This document shows, in pieces, positions 9,678 to 19,019 of a stretch of 64,000 bases of DNA (positions are counted from its first letter, which is position 1; each line of letters starts with the position of its first letter). The notes beneath the pieces were generated by a model. It searched no databases and had not been told where the DNA came from. It was given only the letters and a program-made list of their open reading frames with translations. The position numbers and the translations under genes were made by a program. Source of the DNA: Chitinophagales bacterium (lineage in GTDB: Bacteria > Bacteroidota > Bacteroidia > Chitinophagales > LD1). Location of the stretch: the NCBI GenBank assembly GCA_016786765.1, contig JAEUUZ010000017.1, positions 104,077-168,076 on the forward strand, given 5' to 3'.

Positions 9678-10919
9678 ATGATTAGGATTTCAAAAATGAT
9701 TAAATTTTTGTTTTTCCCGCTTTTTGCATATGCTTTGTGGGAAATCTACCAAGCCAGTAAAGTAGGTTCGCTCTTTATAAAATGGCATACCCATATAGCA
9801 TTATACATCTACTTGTGGATTGTAACTATTGCTTTGCTGTTTTTGGTCAATAAAATTATATATCTGAAACAGTATACTAATATCCAAACATCAGCAACCA
9901 CATTCTGGGGAATACTTTTACTTGTTGAAATGTACTTGGTTAAGTTTGGTAACATGGATACTTATATGGAAAAAATCGAATACGGGTATGTGTCGAGATA
10001 TGGGTCAAATCATGAAGATTACTATCGGACCCACAAACCGAATGAGGTATTTTACATTTCTCGTCCAGAGTTTAATCATATACGCCACTGTAATTCGCTA
10101 GGATTTTCGGATATAGAGTGGCCCATTCAAAAGCGGAAGAATGAAAAGCGTATACTTGTTTTAGGCGATAGTTTTACGGAAGGCGTTGGGGCGCCATTTG
10201 ATTCAAATTGTGTGAGCATTTTGCGTCAACTCTTCGCAGCATCTGATACGAATGTCTCGTTCATGAATGCCGCTAATGCGGGTGACGACCCTTGTGTTAA
10301 TTTTGTTTGTTATCGCGATTTGCTCCGAAAGTACAAGCCAGACATAATAGTACAAACATTATCTTCAAACGATATGCATACCGACTTGGTAACAAAAGGG
10401 GGGCTAGAGCGATTCAAGCCAAACGGTAAGGTGCAGTTTGAAAAAGGGCCGTGGTGGGAGCCCATTTATGCCTTGAGCCATGTGTCGCGTTTATTTTTTA
10501 ATGCTGTAGGGTATAATGAATTGCTAATAAAAATGCCCTTCTCCGTAGAAGACAAGGCACAACTTGATGCCAAAGCTATTGCTCTTTTTGATACTTATTC
10601 GAAATTAGCCCAACAAGAAAATGCACTTCTAATGGTGTTGCTTCAGCCGGATCAAACAGCAGTTTACAATAAAACGTTTGAATATAGTTTAGATACAATC
10701 GTGAAGCATATTTCGAAATTTGACAATGTGAAAGTAGCTAGCTTGCTTCCTTTTTATCTTAATTTTTTTGCTGACAAACAGGATAGTATTACCCATTATT
10801 ATTGGATTCAAGATGGGCACCATAACGCTAAAGGATATACACTGATGGCAAAGTCGATGAAGTATAGTTTAGATTCATTAACAAGCAGTATTGCTGAAGA
10901 GTTAAGCCGCAGAAAGTAA
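9678..10919 (+). CDS. membrane-anchored SGNH/GDSL-family protein
   Basis: The ORF track starts at TTG 9672; the first ATG is at 9678. N-terminal TM helices are present. 'ILVLGDSFTEGVGAPFD' (block I), 'NAGDDP' (block III-like), 'QDGHHNAKG' (DxxH). Confidence 0.65.
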   Translation: MIRISKMIKFLFFPLFAYALWEIYQASKVGSLFIKWHTHIALYIYLWIVTIALLFLVNKIIYLKQYTNIQTSATTFWGILLLVEMYLVKFGNMDTYMEKIEYGYVSRYGSNHEDYYRTHKPNEVFYISRPEFNHIRHCNSLGFSDIEWPIQKRKNEKRILVLGDSFTEGVGAPFDSNCVSILRQLFAASDTNVSFMNAANAGDDPCVNFVCYRDLLRKYKPDIIVQTLSSNDMHTDLVTKGGLERFKPNGKVQFEKGPWWEPIYALSHVSRLFFNAVGYNELLIKMPFSVEDKAQLDAKAIALFDTYSKLAQQENALLMVLLQPDQTAVYNKTFEYSLDTIVKHISKFDNVKVASLLPFYLNFFADKQDSITHYYWIQDGHHNAKGYTLMAKSMKYSLDSLTSSIAEELSRRK

Positions 10920-10929
10920 TAGGGAAACA

Positions 10930-12204
10930 ATGAAAGACAGCACATCAAGATTTATGAGGTACTTTTTGCTTTTTGAAAAGAAAGGCTTTTCTGTTTCCAT
11001 TAGCTTAAGTTATCGGTACATACTTCTTTTATTTACGTTTCCTTATTTGATATGGGAAATCTATTGGGCTAGTCAAGTTGGCTATGTAAGTATAAAATGG
11101 CACACACACCTAATGCTTTATCTGTATCTATGGATAATAGGCTATTTTACGCTGTCTTTTTTAACGCGCAATGCCAATCGCAATACATATGCAAATAGTT
11201 TATTGTTCTTAACTGCAACTCTTTTGGTTTTATTTATAGTAGAGTTTTTTTGTGTTGTTTTTAAACTAAAGCAAACAACTATTGAGTCTTTTGGAAACGG
11301 ATATTATTCATGGCACAATTCGCATTGGGAAACATGGTACCGTTCTTCTGTTCCAAACAAAGAGTATTGGTTGCGTAAAGAGGAATATCAGTATCAACGG
11401 TACGCAAATTCGTATGGTTTTGGCGATAGAGAGTGGGTAGAAAAAAAGGCTAAAAACGAAAAAAGGGTGTTGTGTTTGGGAGACTCTTACACCGAAGGAG
11501 ACGGTGCACCTTTTGATTCCACATATGTAGCGTTTTTGTGCAACAGCTTACGGGAAATAGATACATCTGTTTCTGTTATGAATGCCGGAACGTGTGGTAA
11601 CGACCCATTTGTAAACTTCGTGAATTATAGGGATAGATTGGTTAAGTTTAATCCGAATATTATTGTACAAACGATTTCCTCCGGAGACCTTACTGTTGAC
11701 TTAATGGTGAGAGGCGGCATGGAGCGGTTTGAAAAAAATGGCAAAGTAAAGTATAGGGCAGCACCTTGGTGGGAGCCAATATATGCTATTAGTTATATCT
11801 CGCGTTTCTATTTTAGTGCCTTGGGATATAATGAGTTGTTAATGAAGGATAGCGATGTGCAAAAGCGAAAAGCGGAGCTCGATGCAATAGTAGTTGATCT
11901 TTTTAAACACTATGCAACCCTTGCCAAAAGAAACGGCTCGAGACTGGTTGTCGTTTTTCATCCCTATAAAGGAGAAGTAATTGCCGAAAAATATGCATAC
12001 GATTTCACTCAAATAGAAAACCGGTTAAAAGCCATAGACAATCTTTATGTCTTGAATTTACTTCCAGTGTATATTTCGAAGACAAAAGGTAGTAAATCCG
12101 TTGAACGTTATTATTGGCCTAAAGACGGGCATCATAATTCGACAGGTTATGCCATGATGGCCGATGGGATTTATGAATACCTTGTGAAGGATTGGGCGAG
12201 ATAA
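10930..12204 (+). CDS. membrane-anchored SGNH/GDSL-family protein (tandem paralogue of 9678-10919)
   Basis: 'VLCLGDSYTEGDGAPFD', 'GTCGNDP' (GxND), 'KDGHHNSTG' (DxxH). It is collinear with the upstream gene, e.g. 'WEIYWASQVGYVSIKWHTH' versus 'WEIYQASKVGSLFIKWHTH'. Confidence 0.65.
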   Translation: MKDSTSRFMRYFLLFEKKGFSVSISLSYRYILLLFTFPYLIWEIYWASQVGYVSIKWHTHLMLYLYLWIIGYFTLSFLTRNANRNTYANSLLFLTATLLVLFIVEFFCVVFKLKQTTIESFGNGYYSWHNSHWETWYRSSVPNKEYWLRKEEYQYQRYANSYGFGDREWVEKKAKNEKRVLCLGDSYTEGDGAPFDSTYVAFLCNSLREIDTSVSVMNAGTCGNDPFVNFVNYRDRLVKFNPNIIVQTISSGDLTVDLMVRGGMERFEKNGKVKYRAAPWWEPIYAISYISRFYFSALGYNELLMKDSDVQKRKAELDAIVVDLFKHYATLAKRNGSRLVVVFHPYKGEVIAEKYAYDFTQIENRLKAIDNLYVLNLLPVYISKTKGSKSVERYYWPKDGHHNSTGYAMMADGIYEYLVKDWAR

Positions 12205-12243
12205 GTATTTTTTGTAATCTTAGTATAATATAATCATCCGAAA

Positions 12244-13317
12244 ATGAATCCGGCACAAGTGTATAATTTAGTGGTAACAAAGCAATATCCGGCCACTATG
12301 GTTCATTTTTTAACGGATCGTTGTAATGCGCGTTGCCCGTTTTGCTTTATTGATTTTAATGCAGAGCATCACGGTAAGCATGAATTAAGCACTGACGAAA
12401 TAGAGAAAATGACGCGTTTATTACCGCGTACATTGATGAATGTGAATTTCACCGGAGGTGAGCCTTTTATGCGAAAAGATATGCTCGAAATTGCAAAAGC
12501 TTATTTTACGCATTCTTCCATACAAAGTATTTTCATTACATCAAACGGATATTATACCGATCGTACGAAAGTTTTTTGCGAAACCATACTTGGTCAATTT
12601 CCGGAGAAGGAAATATTTGTCGCCCTTTCTATTGACGACTTTCCTGAAAATCACGATAAGACCCGAAAAGTAAAAGGACTGTTTGCTCGATGTATAGACA
12701 CTTTCAAAACGTTAAAGCAAATGGACGTAAATGTTCGTCCTTCTATTTCTATTACCATTTCACAAGAAAATTATCAGCAAGCGGAGGCGCTTTACGACAT
12801 GTTAATCAACACCTATGAAGTAGATGCGGTGCAGTTGATTATGGTGCGCGATGAAGGCGTATTCAAGTTAGCAGACGAGTTCAAAAAGCCTTTGCTCCAA
12901 ACGTATCTTCACCTATCAGGACGCTTAAAAGTAGATTATAATTCCGGCAGATTGAAAGGCTTTGATCGAGATTCTTTTCGCGGTAAAGTGTTAAACAAGA
13001 AGAATGAATTGTCTAGAAGCATATTAAATCAGTATTTGGAGTCGCCCCATTATATGCATCCTTGTAGGGCGGCAGCTTTATTTGGCGTAATCACTTCCAC
13101 CGGAGATGTTTATCCGTGCGAAGTTCTCGACAAATCTATGGGCAATGTGCGCAACTATGGTTACGATTTAAAACAGTTATGGAAAGACAAGGCTGCCCAA
13201 GAGGTTCGAACTTTTATTGCTAAAACGAATTGCAATTGTGAATACGAATGTGCCATGAGCGTAAATATTTTGTCTAACCCAAAATACCTGCCCCCAATGG
13301 CTTCCGGATTGCTATAA
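12244..13317 (+). CDS. radical SAM/SPASM-domain enzyme
   Basis: 357 aa. 'FLTDRCNARCPFCF' (CX3CX2C) and 'NFTGGEPF'. C-terminal 'CRAAALFGVITSTGDVYPC' (C-x12-G-x4-C) and 'CNCEYEC' are SPASM-type auxiliary cluster motifs. Confidence 0.85.
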   Translation: MNPAQVYNLVVTKQYPATMVHFLTDRCNARCPFCFIDFNAEHHGKHELSTDEIEKMTRLLPRTLMNVNFTGGEPFMRKDMLEIAKAYFTHSSIQSIFITSNGYYTDRTKVFCETILGQFPEKEIFVALSIDDFPENHDKTRKVKGLFARCIDTFKTLKQMDVNVRPSISITISQENYQQAEALYDMLINTYEVDAVQLIMVRDEGVFKLADEFKKPLLQTYLHLSGRLKVDYNSGRLKGFDRDSFRGKVLNKKNELSRSILNQYLESPHYMHPCRAAALFGVITSTGDVYPCEVLDKSMGNVRNYGYDLKQLWKDKAAQEVRTFIAKTNCNCEYECAMSVNILSNPKYLPPMASGLL

Positions 13318-13321
13318 AACG

Positions 13322-14311
13322 ATGAAAGAGGTAAGTATTATAATTCCTGCTGTTACTTGGGAGCCCTTCACGGAAGAATGTATTAAGGCCTGTGCTGCTT
13401 TATTTCCGGAAGCTTCCCTTATTCTTGTGCTAGATAGTGAATTGCCGATAACAACCACAGTTCCTCGTTTAACGGTACTGTATGGCCAAACAGGCACTAT
13501 ATCGCGTAAGCGAAATGTTGCTGTTGCTCTTGCCTCCACTACTTATATTGCCTTTATTGACAGCGATGCATATCCGCATAAAGATTGGTTAAACAATGCC
13601 ATAGCTATACTCAATTCGGATAAGAAAGTCGGTTTGGTTGGAGGGCCAAATATTTCGCCCCCTTCAGAATCGCTTGAACGGAAATTGGTTGGAATGTCTA
13701 TAAAGAGTTGGCTGGTGGCCGGGAAATGGAACTTCTATAAATTCGAACATTCACCGGCTCGATATTGTGATAATCTTCCTTCCTGCAACTTGATTTTGCG
13801 GAAAGATATGTATGCGGAACTGAATGGAATGAACGAAACTTTAGAAGTGGGAGAAGATACTGATTTTTGCGCCCGACTTATTCAGCATGGGTACAACGTA
13901 TTTTTTCATCCTAGCGTTATTGTTTATCACTACGATCGGAAAATACCTGCTTATTTTCGGCAACGTATGGTAAGAGGGGCGGGCGTTTTTCTCCACATCT
14001 TCGGTCATTCTGCACAGAAAAATAGTTGGTATACCTATTTGATGCTTCAACCGGTTTTTGCGCTGTTGTTTTGGTTGTCTTTTCCAATCGTTTTTATTTG
14101 GTCAACTTGGCTTTTTGTTTTTACTTTAATTGCGTTTGTTTACGTATTGCTTATTGTTGTTGAAGCCTATAAATGCAGCGATTCGTTTCGTTTTATACCT
14201 GCAGTAAGCCTACTCATTTTGGCCGGAAACGTATTGCCCGGTGTTGGTTTTTTAATGAAAATGCTTGGTGCATTTCCTTCGCTGCAGTCGTTTTACAGAA
14301 ATGATGAGTAA
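13322..14311 (+). CDS. GT2 glycosyltransferase with C-terminal TM helices
   Basis: 329 aa with 'VSIIIPAV', 'FIDSDAYP' (DxD) and 'GEDTDFCARL'. The hydrophobic C-terminus has about 3 TM helices. Confidence 0.75.
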   Translation: MKEVSIIIPAVTWEPFTEECIKACAALFPEASLILVLDSELPITTTVPRLTVLYGQTGTISRKRNVAVALASTTYIAFIDSDAYPHKDWLNNAIAILNSDKKVGLVGGPNISPPSESLERKLVGMSIKSWLVAGKWNFYKFEHSPARYCDNLPSCNLILRKDMYAELNGMNETLEVGEDTDFCARLIQHGYNVFFHPSVIVYHYDRKIPAYFRQRMVRGAGVFLHIFGHSAQKNSWYTYLMLQPVFALLFWLSFPIVFIWSTWLFVFTLIAFVYVLLIVVEAYKCSDSFRFIPAVSLLILAGNVLPGVGFLMKMLGAFPSLQSFYRNDE

Positions 14312-14366
14312 TAACTATTAAAAGAATTTATAAATCAAATTTCATTGAACCCCAATCCCCAATATT

Positions 14367-15116
14367 ATGCAAAACAAATTTTTAGAATCATTTGCCAATT
14401 ACTCCAACTTTGAGTTGCTGATAATCATAAATATGCCTGACGACTATCAACAAGAAGCTATTGACGCTGCAGCAGCAATAATTGATGAGCGTGAGGTAAC
14501 AGAGGATGAGTTAAAGATGGTAGATGATTACATACTCGAAACAGAAACCCAAAAAGAAAATGGCAAGAAAAAGATAGAAAGGAGCACCGAAAAACTTGTT
14601 GCTTTTTTTGAACCAATTATAAAGCCGTCCGCTGATGTGAGTACCCATAAGTGGTTAAATATATTTTTGTTTTTTACAGCAATACATTATCTCTGGACAT
14701 TCTACACAACCGTTAACGTGTTCATTCTATTTGTAAAATGTGAGTCATGCAAAATTGACACCCATATTATAGCAGAAATGCTCTATCTGATGTATATACC
14801 TATCTTATTTTATCAACTTTACATAAAATCACGACTAGGATGGGTTTTACTTTTAATTGACAATGCGTTGTCGATTGTTTTTATCGTTTCAAACTTATTC
14901 ATGGTGTATAAACTGAACAACGAAATTCGTGGATATGCCGATAACACATTGTGGCTATTGTTTATAAAGATTGCATTTGTAGTTTTCATACTCAAGGAAG
15001 AGGTTCACTTCTATTTCAATATCAACCCAACAGAAAAGAAAAGGTATTGCAAGGTAATTGCTATGGCTGCTGCTGTATTGCAACTGCTTCTTTTCTGTAA
15101 AATAGTTTGGGGTTAA
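14367..15116 (+). CDS. hypothetical membrane protein
   Basis: 249 aa. An acidic soluble N-terminal region of about 90 aa is followed by about 4 TM helices. It has no recognisable catalytic motif and is the last gene of the plus-strand run 9678-15116. Confidence 0.4.
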   Translation: MQNKFLESFANYSNFELLIIINMPDDYQQEAIDAAAAIIDEREVTEDELKMVDDYILETETQKENGKKKIERSTEKLVAFFEPIIKPSADVSTHKWLNIFLFFTAIHYLWTFYTTVNVFILFVKCESCKIDTHIIAEMLYLMYIPILFYQLYIKSRLGWVLLLIDNALSIVFIVSNLFMVYKLNNEIRGYADNTLWLLFIKIAFVVFILKEEVHFYFNINPTEKKRYCKVIAMAAAVLQLLLFCKIVWG

Positions 15117-15176
15117 TTGACTTAACGTATAATTCTGTAGTGTCTCTTTCCTTGTTTAATGGATATTTTAGTGCAT

Positions 15177-16214
15177 TTACAATAAATTCCCCATAATACT
15201 TTGATAAGCTTCACAGGGTTGCCAGCATTGCGGGCATTGTCCTTTCCAAATTTCTTGTTGCAATTGCTTTGTTTCAGGCAAGTTCCAAATTTTTTCTAAA
15301 TCGTAATGATGGTCGCGGATATTTCCCAGTTTATGATCATAGGTTACACAAGGATATACATTGCCCCAAGAGTCGATAAAACAGGAGGCGCTTAACGAAT
15401 GACATTGCACCGGAGTTTTGCCTGTGCTGAGGTACTGCTCGACTTTTCCTAGATATTGATTTTCTAAAAAGCTAACTGGGCCACGTGTAATTCCTCTCGA
15501 TTTCCGATATTGTTTTAATTCTTGAATGATTGTTTGTTCCGCCTCTTTGTCCATCAAAGATTGTGCATCATTATTATAGAAATGGGCAGATTCGTGGGCG
15601 ATATTTACATGAAAATCTTGATGGTGTAAATTCGGTAAAACCTTTTTTACAGCGTTGAAAGTTTCGATGTACTTACCGGCATTATGTTTTGAAAGCGTCA
15701 TGCCCAAAACAACTTCTACCCCTTTTATTTCTTGAAGCTGACGAAAAGTGTCTATCTGTTTTTTCCAACCTCCTTTTATTCCGCGAATTTCATCATTCGT
15801 TTCTTCATCGCCATCCAAGCTCACCGTGATAATGGTTTTAGGAGGCTTCATTTTCATAATTTCTTTTACCCCTTCCACCGTTTTTTGAGTATAGAAGCCA
15901 TTCGTTGGAAAATGAATTAACGCAAGGTCTTTACAATGGTGAAGCGAAGATTCAACAATCGATACAAAATCATTTCTAATCCATATTTCACCACCAGAAA
16001 AATCAATCCAATTGAAGCGATTGGATTGCTGAAAAAAAGTGTTGATTTCCTCTAAGGTGAGCTCGTTCTCCGGTCTTTTCTGCCAGATGTTACATGTTTT
16101 ACATTTGTAATTACACCGGTACGTTAATACAAAAGTTAATTTGTAGGGGAAAGGGAGCCTGCCAAAATTAGAGGATAGGATGTTTTTTGCGAGGCCAAAT
16201 CTTTCTCTCAACAT
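15177..16214 (-). CDS. radical SAM/SPASM-domain enzyme
   Basis: 345 aa. 'LTYRCNYKCKTCNIW' (CX3CX2C) and 'DFSGGE'. C-terminal 'CHSLSASCFIDSWGNVYPC' (G-x4-C) and 'CPQCWQPC'. Confidence 0.85.
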   Translation of the reverse strand: MLRERFGLAKNILSSNFGRLPFPYKLTFVLTYRCNYKCKTCNIWQKRPENELTLEEINTFFQQSNRFNWIDFSGGEIWIRNDFVSIVESSLHHCKDLALIHFPTNGFYTQKTVEGVKEIMKMKPPKTIITVSLDGDEETNDEIRGIKGGWKKQIDTFRQLQEIKGVEVVLGMTLSKHNAGKYIETFNAVKKVLPNLHHQDFHVNIAHESAHFYNNDAQSLMDKEAEQTIIQELKQYRKSRGITRGPVSFLENQYLGKVEQYLSTGKTPVQCHSLSASCFIDSWGNVYPCVTYDHKLGNIRDHHYDLEKIWNLPETKQLQQEIWKGQCPQCWQPCEAYQSIMGNLL

Positions 16215-16324
16215 TTATTGTCAATTTAGTGCAAAATAATGATTATTGTGGGAGTTAGTGTTATTTTCCATTGTGATTTTGAAATGTCTGTCAAAAGTCC
16301 TTTTCAGCAACTGACAAATTAGCG

Positions 16325-17518
16325 ATGAATATAGAGAAGCTTAGAAAATTAGATTTCTTGTTGGGTTCGGTAATGATAGTGTTACTGAGACCGGCTTCTA
16401 TTCTTTTGGGTACAATACTCAGACGAAATCACGATATGGTGATTCGGAAACATTTAGTAGTGCTAAAAATAAAGGGAGGGGGCAGCTTATTATTGGCCAT
16501 GCCTGCCATGTTATCGCTTCGTAAAAAATATCCTGACAAGCGCTTTACCTTAGTCACTTCTGCAGAAGTAAAACCCTTTGCCGAATTGATGGGTGTTTTT
16601 GATGAAATCGTTTTAGTAGACACCACTCGCTTTTTCGCTTTTTTCTTTTCTACGATTGCCGCAATACGGAAATCGTTTCGAGCAGATGGATTCATCAATT
16701 TTGAGATACACTCGAAATTAACTACAGTATTTTCCTCCTTGTCTTGTGCCCGAAATCGCTTTGGATTTTATCACGAAACCAACTCTTGGCAACGCGATGT
16801 TATAACGCATCTTTTCTTTTACAATATCACCTCTCCTGTATACATCAATTACAATCAGGTAGCACTTGTGTTGGGTGCCAACATATTGAATTATAGAGAG
16901 GTATCGGACTTTTTTCTTCAACATAATGCATTGGGTAAACCTTCAGCGCAAGACGCACCGGCTCAAATTGTTTTAGCTCCCTTTTGTTCTGATTTAGGTA
17001 AAGAGCGCGAGTTTACCCCAGAGCAGTGGGCTGAAATCCTAAAAGCAGAACTTGGCGATCAAAACAGTACAGTAGTGATTTTGGGTGGTAAAGGCGATGT
17101 GTCCAGAGCCGGAGCATTAGCGAGCCATCTTACGAAAAGTAATCCTAAACTCAATTTTATCAACCTTGTAGGGAAAACAACACTTCACGAATCGGCTATC
17201 CTTATCAAATCAGCAAACGTTTTTTTTACTATCGATTCCGGGCTAAATCATATTGCTCGCTTGATGGGGGAAGGTCCGCAGATTGTATCCTATTGGGGGC
17301 CAACAGATCCATCAACAAGATTAGCCCCGTTTCCTACTATCAACGAAACCGTTGTTTATAAAAAAATGTTTTGTTCCCCTTGTGTGCATGTTGTGGCAAC
17401 ACCGCCTTGTAAAGGCAATAATATATGTATGCAACAATATGCAAAGGCTGATTTAAATCAATATTCTACAGGAGGCTGGCTTATAATTTCCAACAGCGCT
17501 ACCCCAAAAAATGTTTGA
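16325..17518 (+). CDS. GT9-family (heptosyltransferase-like, GT-B) glycosyltransferase
   Basis: 397 aa. 'LKIKGGGSLLLAMPAMLSLRKKYPDKRFTLVTS', 'VVILGGKGD' and 'FFTIDSGLNHIARLMG' match the layout of ADP-heptose:LPS heptosyltransferase-type proteins. Confidence 0.7.
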   Translation: MNIEKLRKLDFLLGSVMIVLLRPASILLGTILRRNHDMVIRKHLVVLKIKGGGSLLLAMPAMLSLRKKYPDKRFTLVTSAEVKPFAELMGVFDEIVLVDTTRFFAFFFSTIAAIRKSFRADGFINFEIHSKLTTVFSSLSCARNRFGFYHETNSWQRDVITHLFFYNITSPVYINYNQVALVLGANILNYREVSDFFLQHNALGKPSAQDAPAQIVLAPFCSDLGKEREFTPEQWAEILKAELGDQNSTVVILGGKGDVSRAGALASHLTKSNPKLNFINLVGKTTLHESAILIKSANVFFTIDSGLNHIARLMGEGPQIVSYWGPTDPSTRLAPFPTINETVVYKKMFCSPCVHVVATPPCKGNNICMQQYAKADLNQYSTGGWLIISNSATPKNV

Positions 17519-17555
17519 GGGGAAATTCTAATCAGGTAATATTAAGTTCAGAATT

Positions 17556-18812
17556 TTACTTTTTTTCTGGAAGAGATTCAAGCAAAGTGGGTTTAGGAAC
17601 TGCATAGTGTTTAGATATGGTATTAAAAATATTATTCGCAACTATTTCAATACCACTTTGATTTGTATGTATACAATCTATAAAATATTCGGTTGTGTCA
17701 TTATTATAAATACTTGTGAGATCAAAAAAGTCGGCTATGGAAACAGAATCTACTCGATTCAATATCTTTTTCCTAAGTCGTAAATTGTAGAAGTATTGAC
17801 TGCTATCTTGCATTTTCCAAATGTTTTCTGTTGAAGCACTACACATGTTTTTGTAATAAACCATGGGTTGTAAAAACACAGCAAATTCTGCCCCAAAGGC
17901 TTTCGCAATTTTATCGGTTTTATATATTGCAGAAACATAGTTTTGTGCTATTTCGTTCTCCCAAGATTCAGATAGATAATTGACTTGTTTCCTTAATTGA
18001 TTTTGATTGCCAAATTGATTTGCAAAATAATCTTTAAATAAAACTCTCAATAAATTACTTTTATATGCTATTAAAGCTATGGCAGGATAATTGTTTACGT
18101 TAAAAAAAACATTTTTCTCGTAAGCACAAAAATTGAAAGGATACCCAGGTCTTGGGTCATCAGTATAGGGACTAATAATATCGTTACCTCCATCATAAAA
18201 AATTATCAAATCCGGGCTATAATCAGAAACCTCATAAACAACTCTCGCTAATTCCATATTGACATTAGACGAAATTACTCCCATATTATAAACATATACA
18301 TTGGAGTATCCTGCTTCCAAAAACTTATGCTGAATTATTTCTGAAATTGGAGGATTCCCTCCTGTAACTGTTGAGCCCCCAAGTAAGAATATTCTATATT
18401 CTAATGGCGCTTTGGGTTGTATTTGTTTCTTTTCGGGATATTTAATTGCGCGATTAAATATGGAATCGCCTTTAAACTCGATGTAAGGGTAGCGCTTTCG
18501 AGCTTCGTCCAAGAGCCCTTGATCGAACTTGCTTTTGTATGGAATCAAAATTAAACTAAACAACTCTAATAAATAAAAAGTATAAAGAAGGATAACCCCA
18601 CCACAAAATAGTTTACTACTTTTTGAACGAATTACCCTTGAATAAAATAGTGGGATAAATAGGAAAGGAGCTATAACAACACAAAAAAGCAACAAAAGTA
18701 TTGCGAGCGAATTATTTTGAACATGGTTACTAGTAAAAATAAGTGCTGCTGATAAAACTAAAGTAGTGGTTGAAAAAAGTAACGCCCTTCTTGTTTTTAA
18801 TGCAGATGTCAT
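17556..18812 (-). CDS. membrane-anchored SGNH-like protein
   Basis: 418 aa with about 3 N-terminal TM helices. 'IFLLGGSTVTGG' (Ser block), 'IIFYDGGNDI' (GxND), 'DCIHTNQSG' (DxxH). Confidence 0.45.
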   Translation of the reverse strand: MTSALKTRRALLFSTTTLVLSAALIFTSNHVQNNSLAILLLLFCVVIAPFLFIPLFYSRVIRSKSSKLFCGGVILLYTFYLLELFSLILIPYKSKFDQGLLDEARKRYPYIEFKGDSIFNRAIKYPEKKQIQPKAPLEYRIFLLGGSTVTGGNPPISEIIQHKFLEAGYSNVYVYNMGVISSNVNMELARVVYEVSDYSPDLIIFYDGGNDIISPYTDDPRPGYPFNFCAYEKNVFFNVNNYPAIALIAYKSNLLRVLFKDYFANQFGNQNQLRKQVNYLSESWENEIAQNYVSAIYKTDKIAKAFGAEFAVFLQPMVYYKNMCSASTENIWKMQDSSQYFYNLRLRKKILNRVDSVSIADFFDLTSIYNNDTTEYFIDCIHTNQSGIEIVANNIFNTISKHYAVPKPTLLESLPEKK

Positions 18813-19019
18813 TTGTGACTTGTAAAAAGTAGAGAATGAAGATAAAAAATATACTATAAGCAGTGGAATATTATTATTTCTAGATGGATTCTTGTAGTAA
18901 CTATCCTTTACAATTGAACAAAACCAATCTGCTCGGATTTCGATGAAACTTGATTTTTACCAAAAAGCATCGTATTTTCATTTTGATGTGGATTATATAA
19001 CTATCTAAACCTAAATTCT

